Origin: Bacteroidales bacterium
GTDB lineage: Bacteria > Bacteroidota > Bacteroidia > Bacteroidales > VadinHA17
Length of the DNA: 64,000 nucleotides
Direction of reading: 5' to 3'
Assembly: GCA_049512815.1 (NCBI GenBank)
Contig: JBEKWS010000008.1
Coordinates: forward strand, 7,013 to 71,012
Of this stretch, positions 48,236 to 58,441 are shown piece after piece. The notes beneath the pieces are model-generated. The model was not told where the DNA came from. It did not search any database and was given only the letters and a program-made list of their open reading frames with translations. The translations under genes were made by a program, and so were the position numbers. The number at the start of each line of letters is the position of its first letter. Position 1 is the first letter of the stretch.

Positions 48236-48751
48236 TTATCTTCCCCCATGTGGGCAATACATTCTTAAATAATATGTATAAAGTGTTCTCAAATTTTCTG
48301 TAGGATATTTTTTCAGAGGGTTAAAATTTATAGGTTTTACCATCCAACCTGATGTGGTACAAATATTTCTGTGTGGCATTATCAGGAGAAGCCATAAAAT
48401 AGACATGCCTTTTTTGCTGTCGATATATTTCAGGTCTATTATATCAAAATTACCTTTAGTTACCAGTTTTTCCGGCTTCCCTTCCAGAAAAACCTGGTAA
48501 TAATGTAACCAGCCATCTTTATCAGATGCCCACAGAATGCTCCTGGTTTCATTTAGCCATATAAAACTATTGATAAAGTCTATAGTATAAGGGTTTCCTG
48601 CCTGATAGATATCAATCCAGGTATTGTCAGATTCTTCCTTAATTACCCTAGAACTACCCGCAACAACTCCACAAATAAAAAGTTTGCTTTGATTCTGTTT
48701 ACGGTTTAACTGCTGAATAAGCAAATTGTCAGAAGAAGGAATAAACTCCAT
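48236..48751 (-). pseudogene. Fragment resembling the beta-propeller N-domain of a DPP-IV / S9 peptidase
   Basis: ILWASDKDGWLHYYQVFLEGKPEKLVTKGNFDI is propeller-blade-like. No catalytic domain follows. Confidence 0.35.
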
Positions 48752-49109
48752 CCTGACAAGATAGTTTTGGGTAGGATCACCAGGAATATTAAAGCTTTCT
48801 GCAGGTCGTTTGTGAAAGCGTAATAACTGAGCTCAAGAGGAGTTGTGCTTCCTTGTGGGGTAAGTTGTTGTTTGGATATGATTACTCTCTATTTATTCTC
48901 AGGCAGGGTGTACTGAAAACTAATGAGCATAGAAGGAAATTTTTAAAAAAGATTATTGATAAAAAGAATCTTTACGAAACAAAAACGGAATGTGATTGTT
49001 TGTTAATTACAAAGTGTAAGAACTGATTTTATTTGAAAATCAAAAAGTTGAAATGGGGAAAGTTCCCCGGAATATTTGTATTAGTAATAAACATTTAAAA
49101 ACTTTAATT

Positions 49110-49388
49110 ATGATCTCGGGAAAAGTAGTTTTAGGCGCATTGGCTGGCATTGCTGCCGGTGCGTTGATCGGGGTCTTATTTGCTCCCGATAAAGGTTCTG
49201 AAAGCCGGAGTAAAATAGTTAAAAAAGGAGAAGACTATTTGGATTCCATAAAGGGAAAATTCAATTCGCTTCTTGACAGTATCTCCGGAAAATTTGATGG
49301 GGGAAGAGTAGAAGTCTCTGACATTGGCGAAAATGGAAAAACCAAATCAAAAGAAGCTAAAAGAGATATGCAACCTTCCGCAGGTTAA
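49110..49388 (+). CDS. YtxH domain protein. Start at MISGKVVLGALAG.
   Basis: GALAGIAAGALIGVLFAPDKGSESR is the YtxH signature. Confidence 0.7.
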   Translation: MISGKVVLGALAGIAAGALIGVLFAPDKGSESRSKIVKKGEDYLDSIKGKFNSLLDSISGKFDGGRVEVSDIGENGKTKSKEAKRDMQPSAG

Positions 49389-49452
49389 AATATTCATCAA
49401 AGTATTTTAGCAGTGATTCATTCGCAATAACACAACGTTCTTTTAAAACAAT

Positions 49453-49569
49453 AGGGTGTCTCAAAAGGGCACCCTCCTAAACGCTCGGCCCTCCTAAAGG
49501 GCTCTGTTTTGGGACCAGAGCCCCTCTGTCATCCGCCAAATGGCGGATGACATCTCCCCTAAAGGGGAG
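49453..49569. other. Five consecutive GC-rich hairpins between convergent genes
   Basis: Stems: agggtg / caccct (49453-49475), gccct / agggc (49488-49502), gggctctg / cagagccc (49499-49523), gtcatccgcc / ggcggatgac (49528-49551), ctcccc / ggggag (49554-49569). Confidence 0.7.
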
Positions 49570-49613
49570 CTAATTCTGTGGTATTTAGGTAAATTGCTCT
49601 TGGGTGTAGAGTA

Positions 49614-50054
49614 TTATGATTTTGCCGAGTAGTTTACCATCCAATGAATGCCAAATTTGTCAGTAAGTGAGCCATAATAGTCTCCCCAGAACATATCCTG
49701 CATAGCCATTTCTATTACACCAGCTTCCGAGAGCCTGCTGAAAAGGCTGTCTGCCTCCTTCCTGGAATCAGGATGAAGTGAGATATAGACGTTATTGCCA
49801 TTGTTTACTTTGAATCCCATCGATTCAGGAGCATCTGTTCCCATAAGAAGGTGACCTCCAAGTATCGGAAGGCTAACATGCATTACCAGTTTTTTGTCCT
49901 CCTCCGCGAGGGGCGGTATCCCCTCCTGTGCAGGCATATCGCCGAAACGGTTGATTTTTCCATCAACAAAATCACCACCGAAAACCGATTTGTAAAAGTT
50001 AAAAGCTTCCTCGGTATTTCTCTGAAAATTAAGATACGTACTAGTCTTTGACAT
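49614..50054 (-). CDS. VOC (glyoxalase / PhnB-like) family protein
   Basis: 146 aa with the PhnB-like ending FGIHWMVNY. Confidence 0.75.
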   Translation of the reverse strand: MSKTSTYLNFQRNTEEAFNFYKSVFGGDFVDGKINRFGDMPAQEGIPPLAEEDKKLVMHVSLPILGGHLLMGTDAPESMGFKVNNGNNVYISLHPDSRKEADSLFSRLSEAGVIEMAMQDMFWGDYYGSLTDKFGIHWMVNYSAKS

Positions 50055-50538
50055 ATTTGTAAGTATTATTTATTTTTTGAAACATTTCATCAGTTCGTCT
50101 TTGCATTTCTGTATATGAGACATCCTCTAAATGGGTCATTATTGTCCATTTATGTCCAAAAGGATCGGTAAGGGTGCCTGTCCGGTCGCCATAAAACTGA
50201 TCCTTAACTGCCATTTCTCCCATCACTTTTGCTCCTTCCTGAAGGGCCCGGGCAAATACTGCATCAACATTCTCAACATACAAACAAAGGTGAACAGGAG
50301 AGCCTCCAAGTGTTTCAGGACTAAGATTGCCCCATTGTTTATTCTCTTCAGCTATCATAATTTTTGAACTGCCAATATCCATTTCACAGTGACCTACGGT
50401 GCCACTGGGCATAGTAATCCGCCCGGTTTCTTTTGCACCAAATGCTTTTTTGTAGAACTCTATTGCTTTATCTGCATCTATTACAGTGATATAGGGAGTA
50501 AGTGTATTATATCCTTCCGGAATTGGTCTTGTTTTCAT
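50041..50538 (-). CDS. VOC (glyoxalase / bleomycin-resistance) family protein
   Basis: 165 aa with YGDRTGTLTDPFGHKWTI, typical of this family. Confidence 0.75.
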   Translation of the reverse strand: MKTRPIPEGYNTLTPYITVIDADKAIEFYKKAFGAKETGRITMPSGTVGHCEMDIGSSKIMIAEENKQWGNLSPETLGGSPVHLCLYVENVDAVFARALQEGAKVMGEMAVKDQFYGDRTGTLTDPFGHKWTIMTHLEDVSYTEMQRRTDEMFQKINNTYKYVKD

Positions 50539-50755
50539 TGAATTTTCTATTTTGAGTTTAACATTTTATGAGAAATAAAGTTCATCTAAAAAAATATTAA
50601 ACCCAGAGAGATTCGCGTAAATCTGCGTGATCTCCGGGAATAGGATTTCACCATGCACCTTGCAACCAGCAACCTGCAACCAGCACCAAAGAATACCGTA
50701 AACATTCGTATCTTTCTCTCGTATTTTAAAAATAACCCAAGCGGAACAGATTATT

Positions 50756-51499
50756 ATGAGTACTGCTTATTTCCGGTTTTATGAGGAGCTGAATGATTTC
50801 CTGCCTCAGGAGAAGAGAAAAAAACTGTTTCCCTATGAATTCAACGGCACTCCTTCAATTAAAGATGCTGTTGAAGCGATTGGGGTACCGCATGTTGAAG
50901 TTGACCTGATCCTGGTGAACAGTCTGTCGGTCGACTTTTCTTACAAACTAAAGAATGCAGATTCCGTATCCGTTTATCCTGTTTTTGAAAGCTTTGACAT
51001 TGCTCCCGTAACGCATTTAAGGAAAAAACCTTTAAGGGATTTGAAGTTTGTCGCTGATGTACACCTGGGAAAGCTCACAAAATACCTTCGATTATGCGGC
51101 TTTGATACATATTACCGTACTGATCTTAACGATGAGGAAATAATTGATCTCTCACTATCGGATAAAAGAGTTATCCTGACAAGGGACAAAGGATTGCTTA
51201 AGAATAAAAAAGTGACACATGGTTACTATATAAGATCGCGGTACCCCCGTTATCAATTAAAAGAAGTTTTCCTCCGTTTTGATTTAAAGAACCTGATCGC
51301 TTCATTCACACGTTGTATGGAATGCAACGGGCTGCTGAGGAATGTAACAAAAAAGGAAATTCTGGACCGTTTATTACCCAAAACCCGGCAATACTACCGG
51401 AAATTTAAAATGTGTAATGATTGTAACCGTATCTACTGGAATGGCTCGCATTGGCAGAATATGAAAAGAGATATTAAAACATTAATGCTGGCAACCTAA
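50756..51499 (+). CDS. Mut7-C RNase domain protein (ubiquitin-like N-domain + PIN-like domain + Zn ribbon)
   Basis: FVADVHLGKLTKYLRLCGFDT, then CMECNG...CNDCNRIYW cysteine pairs. Confidence 0.75.
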   Translation: MSTAYFRFYEELNDFLPQEKRKKLFPYEFNGTPSIKDAVEAIGVPHVEVDLILVNSLSVDFSYKLKNADSVSVYPVFESFDIAPVTHLRKKPLRDLKFVADVHLGKLTKYLRLCGFDTYYRTDLNDEEIIDLSLSDKRVILTRDKGLLKNKKVTHGYYIRSRYPRYQLKEVFLRFDLKNLIASFTRCMECNGLLRNVTKKEILDRLLPKTRQYYRKFKMCNDCNRIYWNGSHWQNMKRDIKTLMLAT

Positions 51500-51500
51500 C

Positions 51501-51623
51501 GGCGCAATGGCTCAATGGCGCAATGGCGGCTTGAGGTTGAGGTTGAGGTACAGGTTGAGGTTGAGGAGTGATAAACGAAAAACGCGAAACGATTAATCCT
51601 GCACCATGCACCCTGCAACTTGA
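51501..51623. repeat. Composite GC-rich repeat: c(g/t)caatgg x3, then ggcggc, then a gaggtt-type hexamer run, then caccatgcaccctgcaac
   Basis: Read directly. Its junction is a 23/24 nt match to 59573-59596. Confidence 0.8.
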
Positions 51624-51765
51624 AGATGAGATATTAAAATTCCTGATCAGCCTGGCAGATATAAGAAAACATACTGAAGCGGTATTTCCTCTTGCAAGGA
51701 AATTTGTACGACCCGGATTTGATCAATAACCTGAAATATAAAAATTTGTCTTAAGGTCAATATCA

Positions 51766-52572
51766 TCAGTCTTGGTTAGTCTTCTTTATAAGTATTTGAT
51801 CAACCATTTTTGGTGCTATTAATCTTAGCCATAATCCCAACTTTCCTTCAAATGTCATTACGACTTCGCGCTTACGTTTTGCGACCGCTTTTACAATTAT
51901 TTTGGCGCAAGTTTCTGCTGACATTGCACCTTTCTCATGGATTGAGATTTCTCCCGTAGGCATGCCATCTGCTTTAATTGCCCGGCTGGTAATACCAGTA
52001 CTTACCCAACCAGGGTAAATAATTGTCACACTGACCTTACTATCAGCCAGCTCATTTCGAAGAGAAGAGAAAAATTCAGTCATTGCGTGCTTACTGGCAC
52101 CATAACCATCTGCGGTTGCTGATGGCAATTTACCACGGATACTGGAAATTGCCACTAAACGCCCATTGGTTTTTTTAAGATAGGGTAGTGCATAATGGGT
52201 GCAATATACACTTCCGAAAAAGTTCACCTGAATAATCCTCTCAAATAATGTCAGATCATTCAATGCATCAAATTTGGATGCTACAGCAAAACCTGCATTA
52301 TTGATCAGGGCATCAATCTTCCCATATTTCTCAATAGTACGCTTAATCAGGTTTTGACATTGAGATTTTTCAGCAACATCTGTGGGTATAACGATAACTT
52401 TACCACCCAGTTGCTGACATTTTTTTGAAACTTCTTCCAAATGCTCAACATTGCGGGCTGCCAAAACGAGCCATGCACCTTGTTCCGCAAGACGCAACGC
52501 CAGGTGCTGGCCAATACCTGATGATGCACCTGTTATAATAATAACATTTTCAAAAAACGCCTGTTTATTCAT
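51766..52572 (-). CDS. Short-chain dehydrogenase/reductase (SDR)
   Basis: TGASSGIG cofactor motif and the YGASK catalytic motif. Confidence 0.9.
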   Translation of the reverse strand: MNKQAFFENVIIITGASSGIGQHLALRLAEQGAWLVLAARNVEHLEEVSKKCQQLGGKVIVIPTDVAEKSQCQNLIKRTIEKYGKIDALINNAGFAVASKFDALNDLTLFERIIQVNFFGSVYCTHYALPYLKKTNGRLVAISSIRGKLPSATADGYGASKHAMTEFFSSLRNELADSKVSVTIIYPGWVSTGITSRAIKADGMPTGEISIHEKGAMSAETCAKIIVKAVAKRKREVVMTFEGKLGLWLRLIAPKMVDQILIKKTNQD

Positions 52573-53025
52573 CTAATAAATCTTTCTTAAGATGTTTCTT
52601 AACTAAATTAACTTCGAATTTGCAATCTGCCTATACCAGATCTTCGATATAATTTCGAAATCATAATCTACTAAAATACTAATCTGTTTATTGAATATCA
52701 AATAAATAAAAAAAGATTAAGAGGTTATAAACGTTTTTGAAAAGGCAACCTGGTAAATAAATGAGTGATGTGTAAACTGAATATCAAATAGAATCGATGG
52801 CACAACATTCTGATATCGTAAATTCCGTAATAACAATGTTCTATAGGGTTTTGTGTGTTAGGGGTTGACGGAAACTGTGACGGATTTTGTAACGTACACA
52901 TAATCAGGTTAGTACAAAATATATTTCAAGCTTGTTTTTTTCTATTTATTTTGTACTAAAACTCTTTCAGAATAATAAACTTATCTTTTTTTACAATGAG
53001 GTGGTCATAGTATGTTTAAAATATT

Positions 53026-53358
53026 CTAATTCAGGAGTGTCCATAATATCTTCTCTACCTTCTCCTTTGATGGTTGGATTTCAGCTTGATTATTTTCTGA
53101 TTTTAACAAATCATATTTAGACTTTTTAAATTTTTTTGATGAACCATAAATGTCTTCTTTTAAATCCTTTAAGGGCTTTTTCTTTGTATTCAATTCCTTA
53201 AAAGGTTGAACTTCCCAGTGACTGAGAATCTGCGATTTTAATAGATAATGGTATTCTTCATCACTTAACACACCCGACTTATGCAATCTAATTAATTCCT
53301 TAATTTTCGATGAGTCTGATTTTGAATCGTTCTTCATAATATTAAATATTAACGACAC
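53026..53358 (-). CDS. Hypothetical protein with a SHOCT-like segment
   Basis: IKELIRLHKSGVLSDEEYHYLLKSQIL resembles SHOCT. The rest is a Lys-rich tail. Confidence 0.3.
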   Translation of the reverse strand: MSLIFNIMKNDSKSDSSKIKELIRLHKSGVLSDEEYHYLLKSQILSHWEVQPFKELNTKKKPLKDLKEDIYGSSKKFKKSKYDLLKSENNQAEIQPSKEKVEKILWTLLN

Positions 53359-53811
53359 GATTTTTGATAATGTTGTTTAATAGCATATTGATAATTCATA
53401 GCAATTTAAAATAAAAACTTCAAAAATACAAACTTGCAGCATTAATATCATTAAATCTTCTTGTAAAAACCTATATATTTATTATATTATTAAATTAAGA
53501 TGATTATTGAAACCAGTTAACAGTTTGGAGAGTATATTTTAATCATAGCCTGATTCTATAGATGAATGAATGCTGTTTTCATCAATCAACACTTTCCAGT
53601 TATCGGCTTCCCTTAGGATTTTAGATGTTTTTACTAAAAACATTTAAATGGTGTCACACAACTAAACTGAATTCACAGAACTATTAATTATAAACAAAGT
53701 CGACAGAGGAATGCATATACCCCAGATTTAACAGAATGCCGTAAATCGCTTTAAAATGAATAATTTTGCCATTTATGATAAAAGAAGGTAAACCAAATAG
53801 ACTTTAACATT

Positions 53812-54078
53812 ATGAATATGGAAATTTTAATAAGTGAGATGATTCCTATCAGTCAGATTGGTGGTTCATTTGTTATAACAACTAAGAATAAAATAAATGG
53901 TAGAATTATTTTCACCAATATCGAAGGACAATTAAAATCATATTCATTAACAAAATATAATCGTTGCGAATTTAATATTTCTGAAATGATTGAAAATAAA
54001 TTCATGACATTCTATCCTGATTTTGGTGAATTTAGGTCAGATGATGATTTAAAGTCAATAGTAATTGACAATTATTAG
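53812..54078 (+). CDS. Hypothetical small protein
   Basis: ORF only. It lies 85 nt upstream of the nuclease-like gene on the same strand. Confidence 0.3.
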   Translation: MNMEILISEMIPISQIGGSFVITTKNKINGRIIFTNIEGQLKSYSLTKYNRCEFNISEMIENKFMTFYPDFGEFRSDDDLKSIVIDNY

Positions 54079-54162
54079 AACCTTCTGGGAACCAGAAGTT
54101 AGTTTGAGTATTATAGAGATAACAAATGAAAAATCTGGGTCAATCAACTGAAAACAAAGAAA

Positions 54163-55035
54163 ATGGAACAAATTAAACTTTGGAAAATTGAATCAGATGG
54201 CGTAATAAAAATAAGTAAAGTACATCTTGATTACGAACATCGACTTGAAAAATGGCTAATTGAAGATATCGCTATACTGTCTCAAAATTTAGCCATAATT
54301 GGATGTCAGGTAGTTTCACCATACGGCAAAAAGATAGATATTTTGGCTATCAATTCAAGTGGTGATTTAGTAATTATTGAACTTAAACGTGATAAACCTG
54401 ATCATGAAGTTATTGCCCACGTTCTTGATTCGGCTACATGGATAAAAGAATTGTGCTATGATGAATTGACCAATATTTTAAATACATACGGGAAATCAGA
54501 GTACAAAGATATTGAAGAATTTTTTTCTGCAACTTTTCACAAAAATTCGAAAGAGATAGAACTAAATTCTGACCACCAGATGATTATTGTTGGTTCAGAA
54601 ATTGATGAATCGACTATCAGGATAATTAATTATTTAGCAAAAGGACCATATTATCTAAACATCAATGCTGTAAATTTCATTTATTATAAAGATTCTGATG
54701 GGAATGAGTTTTTAGCACAATCATTTGTTCTGCCTGAGAATAATGTTATAGGAGGTGGTGCAACTAAAAGGAAACCTGCAAAATCAATAATAGCGACTTT
54801 ATTCGAATTAGGTAAACTTAAAGTTGGTCAAAAAGTATACTTAAAACCAGCGATAGATAAGGGACATTCAAAGGATAAGGTCAGTGCGACAATAGTAAAT
54901 ACAAAACAAAAATGTCTTCAAAGAGGTAGTGATGATAATTTATACACGTTCAATGGACTTAGATTTATTTTAGCTGAAGAATTAGGATTAAAAAATGTAC
55001 AAAAGTATTGGGAATTTGGAGTCAGATATGATTGA
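54163..55035 (+). CDS. NucS/DUF91-like PD-(D/E)xK nuclease-fold protein with an extra C-terminal domain
   Basis: YEHRLEKWLIEDI...GKKIDILAINSSGDLVIIELKRD matches the D...E-x-K core of NucS-type nucleases. Confidence 0.5.
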   Translation: MEQIKLWKIESDGVIKISKVHLDYEHRLEKWLIEDIAILSQNLAIIGCQVVSPYGKKIDILAINSSGDLVIIELKRDKPDHEVIAHVLDSATWIKELCYDELTNILNTYGKSEYKDIEEFFSATFHKNSKEIELNSDHQMIIVGSEIDESTIRIINYLAKGPYYLNINAVNFIYYKDSDGNEFLAQSFVLPENNVIGGGATKRKPAKSIIATLFELGKLKVGQKVYLKPAIDKGHSKDKVSATIVNTKQKCLQRGSDDNLYTFNGLRFILAEELGLKNVQKYWEFGVRYD

Positions 55036-55280
55036 GTGGTTGAAAACATGAAAAATCTGTCAGAATTACTTGATGAATAGAGTATAAACTTTTGAAAATC
55101 CTGTCAAATAGAGCACCTAAAACCGGAGAAACTGGATAATGTGATTCCGGATGTAACTGAGCATCTTAATTTGAGATTTAAACATCATAATATCAAGGTA
55201 AAAGGGGAAATGAAATTTATCTATGAACTGACTGATTATTTAAGCTGAACAAGGGTGCTCAATAATACTTGAATTTCCAT

Positions 55281-55718
55281 TCAAGTGCTCAACTTAGTTA
55301 ACATTGAGATAATAATTCCGGCTATTATAGCAACCATAGCATAAAGAGACCCTTTCCAGGGTGTACCTACTTTTGTTTTCCTGTAGAGTAAATAATTAAT
55401 CACAAAAAGTCCTGTGCAAAAAATTAATGCTATAACAGGGATTGAATATTTGTAGAACTTATTTTGAATAAAATAATTGATTATAGGAGTGACTAATAAC
55501 AAAATAGATATAATAAGAAATCCAAGACCGGCAAGCCTCAAAAGTGTCAAGATTACAAGTTTTAAAGGATTATCAATCTCATCCCATGTTTTACTGGCTA
55601 CCTTTTCATGAAAAAGCAAAAACTTATTGGAAAATAAACTTTTTATAGCCATAACCATACTGATTACGCCAACAATCATATATAGCATAATTGGCATTAT
55701 TTTAAGTATTCCATTCAT
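55281..55718 (-). CDS. Four-TM membrane protein, unknown function
   Basis: Hydrophobicity pattern only. Confidence 0.4.
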   Translation of the reverse strand: MNGILKIMPIMLYMIVGVISMVMAIKSLFSNKFLLFHEKVASKTWDEIDNPLKLVILTLLRLAGLGFLIISILLLVTPIINYFIQNKFYKYSIPVIALIFCTGLFVINYLLYRKTKVGTPWKGSLYAMVAIIAGIIISMLTKLST

Positions 55719-55807
55719 TTGAAACCTAATGGAAATTGTTTATAATTATCTATATTTCAATGCACTGCTTCCAAACCGTCAGGCCTGTTGCTAATTTGAA
55801 CTAATTT

Positions 55808-56383
55808 TTAATATATTTTTGGAATCAATCTCTTTGTACGCTTTTGATAACCTATATATTTTTCTCCCATTTGTTCAATCATAAATCTTTCCTCTACTTT
55901 TATCCGATAAATAAATCCCAATAAAACCGGAATAATCATAAATAAAACAGATAGCCAATTTGATAATGATATTGATGTTCCTATAAAAATAATCAGTTGT
56001 CCCAAATATCCCGGATGTCTGATACTTTTATATAATCCGGCTTCAATTAACTCATGATTCTCAATCTTAGTAACAGTATAGGTGAAATGTTGTTTAAGTG
56101 TCATTATTGAGGTAATTCTAATTATTAATCCAACAATTATCACAATTGCTCCAATTGCAAAAAATGCATTCCAATGATAAATTCTACCTAATCTTGTTGC
56201 AGCAATACTGAAAGAAAGAGCATAACCAACCGCTATGAGAATAAATAGTAACCAAAAACTCCCTTTATCCCCTGAGTTAACAATATTCCGTTTCCATTTT
56301 CGTCCTTGCCTTACACCCAGGATAATCTCAAAGATTCCGTATAAATATGCAAAAACAATAATTATTATCAATTTTATATCCAT
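55808..56383 (-). CDS. Isoprenylcysteine carboxyl methyltransferase (ICMT/PEMT) family membrane methyltransferase
   Basis: GLYKSIRHPGYLGQLIIFIG...EERFM motif. Confidence 0.7.
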   Translation of the reverse strand: MDIKLIIIIVFAYLYGIFEIILGVRQGRKWKRNIVNSGDKGSFWLLFILIAVGYALSFSIAATRLGRIYHWNAFFAIGAIVIIVGLIIRITSIMTLKQHFTYTVTKIENHELIEAGLYKSIRHPGYLGQLIIFIGTSISLSNWLSVLFMIIPVLLGFIYRIKVEERFMIEQMGEKYIGYQKRTKRLIPKIY

Positions 56384-56764
56384 TTAAGCGACCTTTCTTT
56401 TAATTGTTAACCCGGTGATGTAAGTAGACAAAAATATCAATGAAAAAGGAATCCATGTTCCCAAAATACTTTTAAACAATCCATAACTTTTTTCAAATGC
56501 CGGGGCAACTAATCCTGCATCCATTGCAATTACAAAGAATAAAAAGATAAATGCAGTGCTAATAGGAGATGTATAATTAAATTTCTTATAATAAACCATG
56601 GAAACTAAACAAGCAAAAATCGGAGCACCAATTACATGAATTATTAATGTTAATTCAATTGTTGTGAGAGAACGCCCAACCGCTATTGTCGCTCCACAAA
56701 GTGCCCACACTATAAATGTGTGGCTTAAAATAATAATGATTTTTTTGAAGTTTAATTTGTTCAT
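56384..56764 (-). CDS. Four-TM membrane protein, unknown function
   Basis: Hydrophobic. Its stop abuts the start of the ICMT-like gene. Confidence 0.4.
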   Translation of the reverse strand: MNKLNFKKIIIILSHTFIVWALCGATIAVGRSLTTIELTLIIHVIGAPIFACLVSMVYYKKFNYTSPISTAFIFLFFVIAMDAGLVAPAFEKSYGLFKSILGTWIPFSLIFLSTYITGLTIKRKVA

Positions 56765-56886
56765 GTTTTTATCTCCTTAAAATGGCTACGTTTATGTCAC
56801 TCATTACAAAACTTACTTGCATTAGCTTCCAAGCGAATACTTCTAAAACCTGCATGGTATGAGCCATTGTTGGGCATTCATACATT

Positions 56887-57711
56887 TTATTCACATTTCC
56901 AAGTCATGATATATTGCAAGTCATCAATTGAGTTAATACTCTCTTTTATATGTTTAAGCCAGCTACCTGATAATCCATTTTGCAGTGACGTTAACTCGAA
57001 ATGAGACAAAGCAATGCCCATGTCAATATCATGTAATCCTCGTAACTCGTACCTATTGCTTATCACTTTTTTATAAAAATGAAATTCATTCAAAGTTTCA
57101 TTAAAAAACACTCTCCAGGGTTGAGTATTTCCGGATGATGGTGCTAATCTTACCATCTCTAAAGAATCAGAATATTTCTTTACATAATCAGATGTCAGTG
57201 GTGTTTTCAATTTGTAATTGAAAAACAACTTGTCCCAACTGTTCCTTTTCGGAGCATTAATAGTTAATCTTACAAATTTATTTTGTAATGTTTGTCTTTC
57301 CTCAGAATATCCAACAATTACTATACTTGGTATATCAAAACCATCTTCAATGGATATTTCATTGAAATAATTATAGTCAAAATATCCCACCCAGCAAGTT
57401 GACACGTTCATTTCAGTGGCTTTTAAAACTATTTTTTCCATAAGGTATCCATAGTTTACCCTTGATACTAATGTAGATTTTGCTGTCCCCAGAATATAAG
57501 TATTGTGCCCTTTAATCATTCCTAAGTCAAGTTTCATTTGATTGTCAGTAAATTTTTTTTCAATGATTTTAAAATTAACTGTCTCATTTTCTAAGCCTTT
57601 ACTATTTTCAACAATAAAATTTTCGAGGTTTCCCTTATCAGCAGGTGCTAAAGCAACTTGTTTATATGTTCTGCTTGATTTCCGTTTATTTATAGCCTCA
57701 ATTATGTTCAT
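56887..57711 (-). CDS. Nitroreductase family protein
   Basis: RKSSRTY near the N-terminus and APSSGNTQPWRVFF. Confidence 0.65.
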   Translation of the reverse strand: MNIIEAINKRKSSRTYKQVALAPADKGNLENFIVENSKGLENETVNFKIIEKKFTDNQMKLDLGMIKGHNTYILGTAKSTLVSRVNYGYLMEKIVLKATEMNVSTCWVGYFDYNYFNEISIEDGFDIPSIVIVGYSEERQTLQNKFVRLTINAPKRNSWDKLFFNYKLKTPLTSDYVKKYSDSLEMVRLAPSSGNTQPWRVFFNETLNEFHFYKKVISNRYELRGLHDIDMGIALSHFELTSLQNGLSGSWLKHIKESINSIDDLQYIMTWKCE

Positions 57712-57811
57712 ATTTAGTCATTATAAAATGATACTTTACATTTCAACTATTGCGCCAGGTTTCGTTTAATTGAGTCTGAGACGAAATCAATGTAAGATGT
57801 AAGACCCAATT

Positions 57812-58441
57812 TCATTTCTGTCCGATGTGGACTTTTTGGCTGATTCTGATTATTTTGCGACCTTCATAATTTAAACCTGAATCAACTATTAATTCTTTAA
57901 ACTCTTTTGTACTATACATCTTCACATGTCCATTTTCAAAAAAATGGATTAGTTTATGAATAATTTTAATAGCCCAAATATCAGCAGTCGGGTCGAGTAT
58001 ATAGACTTTCCCTCCTGTTTTGATCAGTCGATACATTTCTTTCAATGCTTTATCAGGATGTAAATAATGATGAAAAGAATTAGTACAAATGATGGCATCA
58101 AATAAATTGTCATCGAGAGGGATTGATTCTGCATTTGACTTTATAAAATGAAAATTCTCTTTTGCTTTAAAATTCTCTTTCGCTCTTTCAATCATTTTTG
58201 CGGATAAATCAACACCGTAAAAAGAACCTTTGTTGTCAATTAATCTTGCAGTTTGTCCTAATGCCCAGCCTGTCCCGCATCCAATGTCAAGAATGCTCAT
58301 GTTTTCTTTGAGTTGCAATAAAGAAATTACATCACTTTGTCCACGTCTTAAGTAATAGTTCCTCCAATTATTATTATCCAGTGAATTTGCCCATTTATCC
58401 CATTTTGCTTCATTTAGTTCAATGTGTTTTGATTCATTCAT
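57812..58441 (-). CDS. Class I SAM-dependent methyltransferase
   Basis: Motif I ILDIGCGTG and a post-I acidic residue (GVDLS). Confidence 0.8.
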   Translation of the reverse strand: MNESKHIELNEAKWDKWANSLDNNNWRNYYLRRGQSDVISLLQLKENMSILDIGCGTGWALGQTARLIDNKGSFYGVDLSAKMIERAKENFKAKENFHFIKSNAESIPLDDNLFDAIICTNSFHHYLHPDKALKEMYRLIKTGGKVYILDPTADIWAIKIIHKLIHFFENGHVKMYSTKEFKELIVDSGLNYEGRKIIRISQKVHIGQK

